The notes below the pieces were generated by a model. The model did not search any database and was not told the origin of the DNA. It worked only from the letters and a program-made list of their open reading frames with translations. Source: a bacterium (GTDB lineage: Bacteria > DUMJ01). Taken from it: a stretch of DNA of 64,000 nucleotides. Each line of letters begins with the position of its first letter. The stretch's first letter is position 1. Where the stretch lies: assembly GCA_049970495.1 (NCBI GenBank), contig JBMFMV010000002.1:2485-66484 (forward strand). Reading direction: 5' to 3'. The position numbers and the translations under genes were made by a program. Below, one piece after another: positions 54,677 to 63,588 of the stretch.

Positions 54677-55198
54677 ATGAAGATAAAGGCGATCTTCTTT
54701 GATTTGGGAGATACATTGATGGATGAGACAACAGAGATCAAAGATCAAAATCTTGTTACTATAGATGCAGAATTAGTGGATGGTGCTAAAGAATTATTGG
54801 TAAGATTGAAAGAGTTAGGTTATAAAATAGCGCTAGTTGCAGACACTAAGATTGGTACTTATAAAAATGTCTTAGGTAAGTTTGATATGTTTAAATACTT
54901 TGATTGTTTTGCTATATCTGAAGAGTTGGGCGTTCAAAAACCAGACCCGAGGATATTCCTCTTTGCCCTAAATTCCCTAGGTATAAAGGAAGAAGATTAT
55001 AAAAATGTTATAATGGTGGGGAATAATCTGAAGAGGGACATAGTTGGTGCTAACAGGGTTGGCCTTATATCTGTATGGTTTCACTGGAATGATAGATATC
55101 CATCTAGACCTGAAAGCAGCGAAGAGGCTCCTAGGTTTGAGATAAAGAAACCCTCAGAATTACTGGGGGTAATAGAAAAATTAGAGAAAGAAGAATAA
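54677..55198 (+). CDS. HAD-superfamily hydrolase (subfamily IA-like).
   Basis: 173 aa. Motif I is FFDLGDTLMD. The V(A)DT and K...GNNLKRD motifs are also present. Confidence 0.75.
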   Translation: MKIKAIFFDLGDTLMDETTEIKDQNLVTIDAELVDGAKELLVRLKELGYKIALVADTKIGTYKNVLGKFDMFKYFDCFAISEELGVQKPDPRIFLFALNSLGIKEEDYKNVIMVGNNLKRDIVGANRVGLISVWFHWNDRYPSRPESSEEAPRFEIKKPSELLGVIEKLEKEE

Positions 55199-55211
55199 GA
55201 TTTGAGTAAAG

Positions 55212-56066
55212 TTGGGAGGAATGAATTTGTCATCTAGATTTTTAAAATGGGGCTTATTTTCGGTCGGTATATTAACTATTATATCCTTACTCGGCTGGTT
55301 TTACTGGCAGGGATATATATTCGACGGAAAGCCACCAGATGTCCTAATTACTCATCCTTCTAAGAATAAAGAATTTATACTAAGTCCTATAAAACCGAAG
55401 GCTAGGGAAGTCATTCAGATAAAGGTAAGTGATAATAAGTCTGTAGATAAGGTGATACTATTCCTTAACAATTCCCAGCTTAAAGTCTTTGAGCGGAATG
55501 ACAAACTCTCCTTTAATTGGGAAACAGATAGTAAGGGTAGATACACATTTAAAGCTATAGCATATGATCGTGCCAAAAATAAGGGGGAGTCAAAGCCTGT
55601 AACTATCACTGTCAAAGTAAAAGGTATCTTACCACAAAATTATACAGGATTCCAAAAACCAATAGAAACATATGTGAGTGCTAGTGGCGTCTTTTTAAGG
55701 GAAGGTCCTTCTGTTAACTACAGAGTAATTAGAACCCTAAAACACAAAGAAAGGGTTCTAGTCTTTGGCAAATGGTCCTCTACGAGCCCTAATGAGGCTA
55801 TTACAACTGATAGAGTTACCTTAGTTACTTTTGATGGAGAGTCTATTGGTTTGGATCGTGGAAAGGCTCTATTAATAGTTAAAAAAGAAGAACCTTACTA
55901 TATCGTGTCTGTTCAGATTGATAACAGAAAGGTTACTGGTAAGCTTCCTGTTTATGCGGTAAAGGATATTTTTAATAAACCCTGGTACTATATCAGGACT
56001 AAAGAAGGGAAAGAAGGATGGGTGTTTGGAGAGTTTCTAGAAGGCGTAGAAGAGTCTTTAAGGTAA
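55212..56066 (+). CDS. Membrane-anchored protein with Ig-like and SH3b-like domains.
   Basis: 284 aa with an N-terminal TM segment. A Big-like beta region follows (VIQIKVSDNKSVDKVILFLN...YTFKAIAYDRAKNKGESKPVTITVKV). Two SH3_3-like segments are present (GVFLREGPSVNYRVIRTLKHKERVLVFG and WYYIRTKEGKEGWVFGEFLE). Confidence 0.5.
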   Translation: MGGMNLSSRFLKWGLFSVGILTIISLLGWFYWQGYIFDGKPPDVLITHPSKNKEFILSPIKPKAREVIQIKVSDNKSVDKVILFLNNSQLKVFERNDKLSFNWETDSKGRYTFKAIAYDRAKNKGESKPVTITVKVKGILPQNYTGFQKPIETYVSASGVFLREGPSVNYRVIRTLKHKERVLVFGKWSSTSPNEAITTDRVTLVTFDGESIGLDRGKALLIVKKEEPYYIVSVQIDNRKVTGKLPVYAVKDIFNKPWYYIRTKEGKEGWVFGEFLEGVEESLR

Positions 56067-57172
56067 GGCTTACATTATTTATCATTTTACTTATAGGGAT
56101 ATTTATCATAATCTTTTTTAGACCAATATTGAGTAGATTTAAATTTGCCAAAAAGTTAAACGTAGAGATATATAATGGCTGCCTAGATTTTTCCAGGGCA
56201 GTCGGTATAGAGGAAATCACTGAGGAATTAGTTAAAAAGATTAAAGATGAACAATTTAATGTTTTAGAGCCAAAGGAACATCCCCTCTTTAGAGCTAAAC
56301 TTCAATCCGAAATTGTCATTCCCTCTAATAAAAGAGAAGATATCAAGAAACTTTACTCCCTAGTTCCTTTCGCATCTATTAGAGAGGACAGAAACCAGTC
56401 TAACTCTATTAAAATTATTCTAGGGATTGATTCTATAAAGAGTTTAGTTGGTCAGAGAGAAGACGACAAAAGAGTTGTTTTTATTATTGATAAGAAGAAC
56501 TTTGAAAGACTAAAAAATAGACTATCTAGAGATTTTAGAAGCCTGAACCCCATTTTCATATCTGGTGATGAGGATATAAACGAGTATAAGACTATCAATA
56601 TCTTTTTCCCAAGGGATAAATCAGAAAGGGTAAAAGATATTAAAAGGATCTTTGGCAGAGAAGAGATTAAAGAGAAGTTAGACAATAACTATAACCATGT
56701 TATTGTAGTTATTCCTCCTTCGTACACTGGGGCAATTTATCGTAACTATAGTATAGTTGTCAGAAAGAATAAGTTTAAACTCTACCTATATAAAGGAAAC
56801 TGCCTTATAAAGACATATCCGATTGCTATTGGTAAGAATCCTGGTGATAAAAGAGAAGTTGGAGATTGTAGAACTCCAGAAGGAGATTTCTATATAAACA
56901 GTATAGAAGATTCCAGCAGTTGGGTCCATGACTTTGGGGATGGGAAGGGTCCAATAAAAGGAGCATATGGACCCTGGTTTTTAAGACTATATACAGGAGC
57001 TGATAGGACAAAATCAGGTAAGGCATGGGAAGGAATAGGTATTCATGGTACCCATGACCCTACCTCAATTGGTAAGATGGCATCAGAAGGCTGTATTAGA
57101 ATGAGAAATGAAGACATAATGGAGTTGAAAGAAAAAGTAAAGATTGGAACCCCAGTGAAGATTGAGCCCTAG
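56018..57172 (+). CDS. L,D-transpeptidase family protein (YkuD domain) with an N-terminal signal anchor.
   Basis: 384 aa. The catalytic region is GIGIHGTHDPTSIGKMASEGCIRMRNEDIMEL (His/Cys motif). The N-terminus is Arg-rich and then a TM helix. It overlaps the upstream gene by 49 nt. Confidence 0.75.
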   Translation: MGVWRVSRRRRRVFKVRLTLFIILLIGIFIIIFFRPILSRFKFAKKLNVEIYNGCLDFSRAVGIEEITEELVKKIKDEQFNVLEPKEHPLFRAKLQSEIVIPSNKREDIKKLYSLVPFASIREDRNQSNSIKIILGIDSIKSLVGQREDDKRVVFIIDKKNFERLKNRLSRDFRSLNPIFISGDEDINEYKTINIFFPRDKSERVKDIKRIFGREEIKEKLDNNYNHVIVVIPPSYTGAIYRNYSIVVRKNKFKLYLYKGNCLIKTYPIAIGKNPGDKREVGDCRTPEGDFYINSIEDSSSWVHDFGDGKGPIKGAYGPWFLRLYTGADRTKSGKAWEGIGIHGTHDPTSIGKMASEGCIRMRNEDIMELKEKVKIGTPVKIEP

Positions 57173-58330
57173 TCATCTCTTGACTCTATTCGTTATCTCA
57201 CTCATCACTTCTTGTATTGACATACCTGTCTTTTCCGCTATAACCTTACAGTCATCATACTCAGGCATAACTTTGGGGGTTCCATTTATATAAGATATCT
57301 TTACTCTAGCAGTTCCCCAAGGGGTCTCTACCTCTACTATTTCTCTAGGTAACATTATCTTCTCTACTTGATACGTCCTAACTCCAATTGATGTTGTCTC
57401 CCTAAATATCACATCTACAAGTTTATTTACAAGATGATTGGGAGAAATAACAGTAAGTTTTACCGCCGGTCTAGACTTTTTCATATAGATTGGGGTAAAG
57501 AAGACATCGAGGGCTCCGAGTTCAAACAGCTTATCCATTAGATAACCATAGATCTGCGGGTTCATATCATCTATGTTTACATCTATAATAGTATTTGTGT
57601 CTTGTTGCTTCTCCTGGTAGAGTTCTCCCATAATAGCTCTTAACATATTTGGTACTGGAAAATCCTTCTTGCCTACCCCATATCCTATCTTTTCTACAGT
57701 AACCGGAGGAATTTGTCCAAATCCAAAAGATATTGTAGAGATAATACCTGCACCTGTAGGTGTAACTAGCTCTCCCTTCATTCCATTTGAATATATAGGA
57801 ACACCTTTTAAAAGTTCTATAGTAGCTGGGGCTGGGATGGGAAGTTTACCATGGGCAGTTTCGACAAAACCTTCTCCTACAGGAAGAGGTGAACTATAAA
57901 CCCTTTCTATTCCAAGTAGCTTTAATCCAACAATACTACCTACAACATCAATAATCGTATCTATCCCACCAAGTTCATGGAGGTGAACCTCTTCTAAAGG
58001 CTCGTTATGGATCGATGATTCAGCCCGAGCTATCCGAGTAAGTATCTTCAGGCTCTTCTCTTTTATATCGTCATCTAATTTGCTATCACTAACTATGTCT
58101 AAGATCTCTTTGGCATGCCTATGAGTAACTTTATCTTCGATAATGATATCAATGTCTGTACCCATCAAGGGACCTTTTCTTTTCTTCTCAATCTTAACTT
58201 TATACCCTTGGATATCTAATTTATCTAACTCTCTAGACCAAGCCTCTCTATCTAATCCTAGATCAAAGAGGGCTCCTAAGATCATATCTCCACTTATACC
58301 ATTAAAGCAGTCAAAATATACAACTTTCAT
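57173..58330 (-). CDS. larC: Nickel-pincer cofactor biosynthesis protein LarC (nickel insertase, DUF111).
   Basis: 385 aa. The N-terminus is MKVVYFDCFNGISGDMILGALFDLG, as in LarC/DUF111. The C-terminal domain is present. Confidence 0.85.
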   Translation of the reverse strand: MKVVYFDCFNGISGDMILGALFDLGLDREAWSRELDKLDIQGYKVKIEKKRKGPLMGTDIDIIIEDKVTHRHAKEILDIVSDSKLDDDIKEKSLKILTRIARAESSIHNEPLEEVHLHELGGIDTIIDVVGSIVGLKLLGIERVYSSPLPVGEGFVETAHGKLPIPAPATIELLKGVPIYSNGMKGELVTPTGAGIISTISFGFGQIPPVTVEKIGYGVGKKDFPVPNMLRAIMGELYQEKQQDTNTIIDVNIDDMNPQIYGYLMDKLFELGALDVFFTPIYMKKSRPAVKLTVISPNHLVNKLVDVIFRETTSIGVRTYQVEKIMLPREIVEVETPWGTARVKISYINGTPKVMPEYDDCKVIAEKTGMSIQEVMSEITNRVKR

Positions 58331-59085
58331 TATTTATCCTCCCCAATGTGGTTTATTATACTTGCAAGATAGCCTGCTCCAAAGCCATTATCTATATTTA
58401 CAACAGCTATTCCAGGGACACAACTATTAAGCATAGTAAGTAATGCAGATAATCCCTTAAAACTTGCTCCGTATCCCGTACTTGTAGGAACAGCTATTAC
58501 AGGTTTATCTACAAGACCGGCAACTACACTTGGAAGTGCTCCTTCCATCCCTGCAACAACTATAAGTACCTTTGCCTCATTTATCTTATCTAGACTCCCT
58601 AAGAGTCTATGTAGTCCAGCTACCCCAACATCATAGAGTCTCTCTACTCTATTTCCCATAATATCTGCAGTCTCGATTGCCTCTTCAGCGACTGGTAAGT
58701 CTGCTGTCCCTGCACTTATAACAAGTATATGACCAACTGGATCTATTTTATCCTTGACTACAGCTATAGTCCTGGCAAGTTCGTTATACCTTGCCATAGG
58801 TAAAAACTCTATTACCCTTTCATATATCTCTCTATTAGCCCTTGTAGCAAGGATGCGATTATTCTTTTCTGATAGCCTCTTTATAATTTCTACAGACTGT
58901 TCAGTTGTCTTCCCCTGACAGAAAACAACCTCTGGGAAACCTCTCCTTAAAGCCCTATGATGGTCAAGTCTAGCATAACCGAGGTCTTCATAGGGAAGGA
59001 ACTTAAGTCTTTCTAAGGCTGAGTCTATGTCAACTAAGCCATTCTTTACTTCTAACAAGAGTTCTCTTATTATAGATAGGTCCAT
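58330..59085 (-). CDS. larB: Nickel-pincer cofactor biosynthesis protein LarB (PurE-like carboxylase/hydrolase).
   Basis: 251 aa. The PurE-like C-terminal half reads ISAGTADLPVAEEA...VVAGMEGALPSVVAGL. The N-terminal LarB-specific extension is present. Confidence 0.85.
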   Translation of the reverse strand: MDLSIIRELLLEVKNGLVDIDSALERLKFLPYEDLGYARLDHHRALRRGFPEVVFCQGKTTEQSVEIIKRLSEKNNRILATRANREIYERVIEFLPMARYNELARTIAVVKDKIDPVGHILVISAGTADLPVAEEAIETADIMGNRVERLYDVGVAGLHRLLGSLDKINEAKVLIVVAGMEGALPSVVAGLVDKPVIAVPTSTGYGASFKGLSALLTMLNSCVPGIAVVNIDNGFGAGYLASIINHIGEDK

Positions 59086-59089
59086 CTTA

Positions 59090-59893
59090 TCAACTCCTTA
59101 TTGTCTTATTCATACTTCCTGTATTATAGCCCTCCAAGTCCATAGTTATATAAGTATAACCTATAGACTTCAGTTTCTCAACAATAATGTTTCTATGCTC
59201 TAGAATCTTAGACATATCTTCAGATAAGACTTCTATCTTTGCAAGATTATCTATATGTCTCAATCTGACCTGAGTAACTCCTAAACCTCTCAAGAAATTC
59301 TCACCTTCTTCTATCATATTTAACAGCCTCTCTGTTATCCTAGTATTGTAGGGAATCCTCGTTGCTAAACATGCTAATGCAGGTTTATTCCATGTTGGGA
59401 GACCTAATTCTTTTGAAAGTTCTCTTATCTCCTGTTTCCTTAATCCAACCTCCATAAGCGGACTCAAGATTCCAAGTTCCCTTAATGCCCTCATACCTGG
59501 TCTGTAATCGCCTATATCATCGGCATTTGAACCATCAGCTATATTTTCTATCCCATACTCTTTTGCGGTTTCTCTTATCATCGAAAAGACTATCAACTTG
59601 CAGTGGTAACATCTATCTAGTGGATTCATTATAATATTTTCCTCGTTAGATACATCTACATTTAAAACTATATGCCTTACTCCAATCATCCTAGCAATCT
59701 CTTTAGCAGATTCTATCTCCCATTTAGGATGTATTATGCTATCTACTGTTATACCAATAGCGTTATCTCCCAGTTCCATATGGGCAACCTTTAAAAGGAA
59801 AGTACTATCAACTCCGCCAGAAAAAGCAACTGCGACACTCTTTAAGTCCCTTATTAATTTTCTTAGTCTTTCAAACCTTTCCTCTATGCTCAT
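59090..59893 (-). CDS. larE: Nickel-pincer cofactor biosynthesis protein LarE (ATP-dependent sacrificial sulfur transferase, PP-loop).
   Basis: 267 aa. The PP-loop is AFSGGVDS. The Cys-containing region LDRCYHCK is present. Confidence 0.85.
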   Translation of the reverse strand: MSIEERFERLRKLIRDLKSVAVAFSGGVDSTFLLKVAHMELGDNAIGITVDSIIHPKWEIESAKEIARMIGVRHIVLNVDVSNEENIIMNPLDRCYHCKLIVFSMIRETAKEYGIENIADGSNADDIGDYRPGMRALRELGILSPLMEVGLRKQEIRELSKELGLPTWNKPALACLATRIPYNTRITERLLNMIEEGENFLRGLGVTQVRLRHIDNLAKIEVLSEDMSKILEHRNIIVEKLKSIGYTYITMDLEGYNTGSMNKTIRS

Positions 59894-59914
59894 TTTAAAT
59901 CACCTCTTGATAAA

Positions 59915-59975
59915 AAATATAGACCACAAAGGACCTCAACTTCGGTTGAGTATATGACCTTCGTGGTCTATATTT
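59915..59975 (-). terminator. Structured rho-independent terminator for the metallophosphoesterase gene.
   Basis: An 11-bp outer stem (ATATAGACCAC / GTGGTCTATAT) encloses an inner AAGG/CCTT stem and a nested TCAAC-TTCG-GTTGA hairpin. On the minus strand the structure is followed by a U-tract (plus-strand TAAAAAAT at 59911-59918). Confidence 0.5.
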
Positions 59976-59986
59976 AAATTAAAAGC

Positions 59987-60718
59987 CTATCTTCCTACCT
60001 CTAACCTCTGCCAGAGGAGTGGAGGAAGCCCTTTTAATTGCATCTTTTTCTGCACAATATCTATTCTATAAAAAACTCTATAAGCAGTCAACTTCTTTTC
60101 TACAGTATCATATATCACATATGCAGATCTTGGGTCTCCGTCTCTTGGTTGTCCTACACTACCAACATTTATGATGTACCTCTTCCCTTCTTCGATAATA
60201 AGCTCTTGCTGATTCTTGAGAGGGAGTTGTCTTACTATTGGGGAGCCCTTTCTCTGCTCAAAATACTCCATAATGTGAGAATGCCCAATAAAGCATATAT
60301 CTTCGTCAAAGGACATAAAAGCAGACCTAGCCTCCGCGGTTGTTGTTATATACTCAAAGGGATCTCCAGGTGCACCATGAACTATCCTAAAGCCATAAAG
60401 CACCTCCTCAAATGGCAACCTCTTCAGATATGCTATATAGTCATCTGATAGTTGTAACCTAGTCCACAGGATTGCCTCTCTAGCAAATGGGTTAAAATAG
60501 TCTATAAGATTATCATCATAACAGGCAGAATCGTGATTACCACATATTGAGAATATTCTAGCGCTTCTAACAATATCACAACACTCTCTTGGATTTGGAC
60601 CATAACCGACTATATCCCCTAGACATATTATTTCATCAACTTTTCCTTTAAGATTTTCCAAAACAGTATTTAGAGCCTCTAAATTGCTATGTATATCAGA
60701 GATTATGCCTATTTTCAC
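59987..60718 (-). CDS. Metallophosphoesterase (calcineurin-like, YfcE/MJ0936 type).
   Basis: 243 aa. Motifs are GIISDIHSN, GDIVGYG and GNHD. Confidence 0.8.
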   Translation of the reverse strand: MKIGIISDIHSNLEALNTVLENLKGKVDEIICLGDIVGYGPNPRECCDIVRSARIFSICGNHDSACYDDNLIDYFNPFAREAILWTRLQLSDDYIAYLKRLPFEEVLYGFRIVHGAPGDPFEYITTTAEARSAFMSFDEDICFIGHSHIMEYFEQRKGSPIVRQLPLKNQQELIIEEGKRYIINVGSVGQPRDGDPRSAYVIYDTVEKKLTAYRVFYRIDIVQKKMQLKGLPPLLWQRLEVGR

Positions 60719-61612
60719 CTATATAACTAGACTTCTAAGCCTCCTTATCCTATCCTCTAGGGGGGGATGGGTAGCAAACAGTCCTGTAAACGAGACTCTG
60801 TCTTCCCCAAAGGGATTTACTATGAATAGATGAGCGGTAGCCGAGCTTGCATTAACCATCTTCTTATGGAAGTGGAGAAGTTTTTCTAGAGCATCGGCTA
60901 GTGCTGATGGGTCTCTAATAATCATAGCCCCAGAGGCATCAGCAAGATATTCTCTCTGTCTAGATATAGCAGCTCTTATAAGAGCAACTAGTATTGGAGA
61001 TATTATAGCTAGAAGTATACCGATAAGGAATAGAATACCGCTACCACCTCTGTCATCATCTCTAGAAGGTCTAAAGAAGAAGAGAAAATCTCTAAGAAGT
61101 ACTATAAGCCCACCCATTATTGCAGCTATAGTCATGAGGAGTATGTCGTAGTTCCTTATGTGAGATATCTCATGGGCTATAACTCCCTGTAGTTCGCTTC
61201 TATCCATCAGAAGGAGAAGCCCTGTAGTAACAGCAATCGATGCATTATTGGGATTCCTTCCTGTAGCAAATGCATTAGGAGATGGATCGTTGATTATATA
61301 CACCTTAGGTTTTGGTATCCCTGCTGCTATAGCAACCTCTTCTACTACATTATGTAAGACCCTAAATTCATAAGGATCTGCAGGTTTTGCCCCTACAGAT
61401 GCCAATGCTATCTTATCACTGTAGTAGTACGTTATAAGATTATAGAGGACAATAAAGAAGGCAAACATTACATAACCAGATATTCCCCAATTGAAGAGAT
61501 TTACAATAACATATCCGACAAGTCCCAATAATAGACTAAATACAACCATAAAAATCCATGTCTTTATCTTATTAGCAGAAATCAAGTCATAAAGTGTTTC
61601 TCTCAAGGGCAT
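60719..61612 (-). CDS. M48-family zinc metalloprotease (HtpX homolog).
   Basis: 297 aa. The HExxH motif is AHEISH. N-terminal TM helices and a later TM pair are present. Confidence 0.85.
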   Translation of the reverse strand: MPLRETLYDLISANKIKTWIFMVVFSLLLGLVGYVIVNLFNWGISGYVMFAFFIVLYNLITYYYSDKIALASVGAKPADPYEFRVLHNVVEEVAIAAGIPKPKVYIINDPSPNAFATGRNPNNASIAVTTGLLLLMDRSELQGVIAHEISHIRNYDILLMTIAAIMGGLIVLLRDFLFFFRPSRDDDRGGSGILFLIGILLAIISPILVALIRAAISRQREYLADASGAMIIRDPSALADALEKLLHFHKKMVNASSATAHLFIVNPFGEDRVSFTGLFATHPPLEDRIRRLRSLVI

Positions 61613-61619
61613 TCACCTC

Positions 61620-62177
61620 CTAGAACTGTACCTTTACTGGTCCTGTCTCCTCCGGGGGAATCTGATAATAAACTCTAGGGGTAAGATTCATCCATCTAGC
61701 AAGGATATTTGTTGGGAACATCTCTAGCGCTCTATTATACTCCAATACGGTATCGTTATAAAATTGACGGGCAAATGCAATCTTATTCTCAGTATTTGAT
61801 AGCTCTTCCTGCAGACTTAAAAAGTTTTGATTTGCCTTTAACTCAGGATATGCCTCAGCCAAAGCAAAGAGACTTTTTAAAGCCTGGGTTAATTGATTAT
61901 TAGCCTGAGACGCCTCAGATATATTACCAGCACTCATCGCCTTATATCTGAGTTCAGTAATCTTCTCAAAGATCTCTCTCTCATGGCTTGCATAAGCCTT
62001 TACCGTCTCTACCAGATTTGGAATTAGGTCATACCTTCTTTTTAACTGCGTATCTATTTGAGCCCAAGCATTATCTACTCTATTTTTAAGAGTTACAAGA
62101 CGGTTATAGATAGTAATTATATATAGGATCAAACCAATAACTATTAACCAGAACCAAACCATATATTTCATCACCAT
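61620..62177 (-). CDS. LemA-family protein.
   Basis: 185 aa. An N-terminal TM is followed by the LemA pattern (YNRLVTLKNRVDNAWAQID ... FPTNILA). It is paired with the M48 protease downstream, as in many genomes. Confidence 0.85.
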   Translation of the reverse strand: MVMKYMVWFWLIVIGLILYIITIYNRLVTLKNRVDNAWAQIDTQLKRRYDLIPNLVETVKAYASHEREIFEKITELRYKAMSAGNISEASQANNQLTQALKSLFALAEAYPELKANQNFLSLQEELSNTENKIAFARQFYNDTVLEYNRALEMFPTNILARWMNLTPRVYYQIPPEETGPVKVQF

Positions 62178-62208
62178 CCTTTTCTACTATATAGTATATC
62201 ACAACTAT

Positions 62209-63588
62209 CTAAAAACTAAATCCCTCACTTAAAAGACCTCTGCATATATTGACGACATCTTGATCGTACAATATTCCCTTGCCCCTTTCTAATTCATCGA
62301 CGACTTCTTCTAGTCTAAAGGCAGGTCTATATGGTCTATGTGATAACATCGCTTCAACTACATCTGCTACAGCTATGATCCTAGCGGATAATATTATCTC
62401 CCCATCCCTAATGCCGTTTGGATATCCTGAACCATTAAGCCTTTCATGATGCTGTAAAACTATATTTGCTATATTAGAAAACGCTTCTACCTCTTTTAAT
62501 ATATCATACCCAGTCTTGGGATGAAGCTTTACTAAGGCAAACTCAAGATCGTTAAGTCTTCCAGGTTTATTAAGTATATCTGCCGGTATAATCACCTTAC
62601 CTATATCATGTAATAAGCCAGCTATTCTTAAGTCTTCTAAATCCCTCTGGCTTAATCCAATTCTTTTACCTATTTCACAGGCAAGTTTTGCTACCCTTGC
62701 CTGATGTCCTGCTGTATAGGGGTCTCTAAGCTCTACAAGTTTGGAGAACGATTCCACTACCTCATTTATACTTTTCCTTAATTCATTTTCAAGCATCCTC
62801 TGTCTTGTTATGTCTACAATAGATACTATCACCCTTTCTAAGCTATCTTCATAGCCTGGCGGTATAAATGTCTTTATATATACAAAAAGAGGTTTTCCAT
62901 CTAAAGTATAATTGATACTTTCTCCTTCAAATTCTATCTTCTTTCTGTAAAAAGTGATAATAAGGTCTTTTCCAATCTTTATAGGTCCTCTATCTATAAT
63001 CTTAGGCCTTAATAGGTCTTCTTTTGTCTTTGCATTGTAAAGTCTGATACATGCATTATTTACATCAGTAATTATGATATTATTTAGACACTCCAAGATT
63101 TCCCCTTCATGTTTATCTAGGTATTCCTCTATGTCAGTTATACCTAGTGATTCGATTTTGTCCAAAAACCTCTTTATCGAAGAAAAGTTTCCCTCTAAAA
63201 GTGCTATAGGCGCATTTTCAAATATGGTTTTATATCTTTTCCCTAAGGACTCTAAAGCCTTCTTATCTCTTAAGGCGAGTACTACATAGACTATATCATC
63301 GGCAAGGACCTTTAAAATTGTATATTCTAAATCGCTTAAAGATTCATTACTGAATATCTCAAGATATCCTAACGAGATATTATCTAGCTCTAACGGAAAT
63401 GTTAAATGAGTTTCGTAACCAGTTATATCCGATTGTTTCTCCCGTGTTATCCTAGATATAAAACCTGCTTTCTGAAATACATCAGTTACGTTTCGAATGA
63501 GTTCCTCCTCATCCTTAACCCTTACTAGAGCTTGATTATATTTTATTACCATGTTCAATATTCTGTTTAACCTGTCTAATTCCTCCAT
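62209..63588 (-). CDS. HD-GYP domain cyclic-di-GMP phosphodiesterase with an N-terminal sensory (GAF/PAS-like) region.
   Basis: 459 aa. HD...HDIGK...HHERLNGSGYP is present (the HD-GYP signature with GYP). Confidence 0.8.
   Translation of the reverse strand: MEELDRLNRILNMVIKYNQALVRVKDEEELIRNVTDVFQKAGFISRITREKQSDITGYETHLTFPLELDNISLGYLEIFSNESLSDLEYTILKVLADDIVYVVLALRDKKALESLGKRYKTIFENAPIALLEGNFSSIKRFLDKIESLGITDIEEYLDKHEGEILECLNNIIITDVNNACIRLYNAKTKEDLLRPKIIDRGPIKIGKDLIITFYRKKIEFEGESINYTLDGKPLFVYIKTFIPPGYEDSLERVIVSIVDITRQRMLENELRKSINEVVESFSKLVELRDPYTAGHQARVAKLACEIGKRIGLSQRDLEDLRIAGLLHDIGKVIIPADILNKPGRLNDLEFALVKLHPKTGYDILKEVEAFSNIANIVLQHHERLNGSGYPNGIRDGEIILSARIIAVADVVEAMLSHRPYRPAFRLEEVVDELERGKGILYDQDVVNICRGLLSEGFSF

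Noticed and set aside
54677-55198. Considered whether the 173-aa HAD hydrolase is a truncated pseudogene.
   Set aside because: Motifs I-IV of small HAD-IA phosphatases are all present within 173 aa. A terminator lies upstream and a normal RBS is present, so it is probably an intact small HAD.
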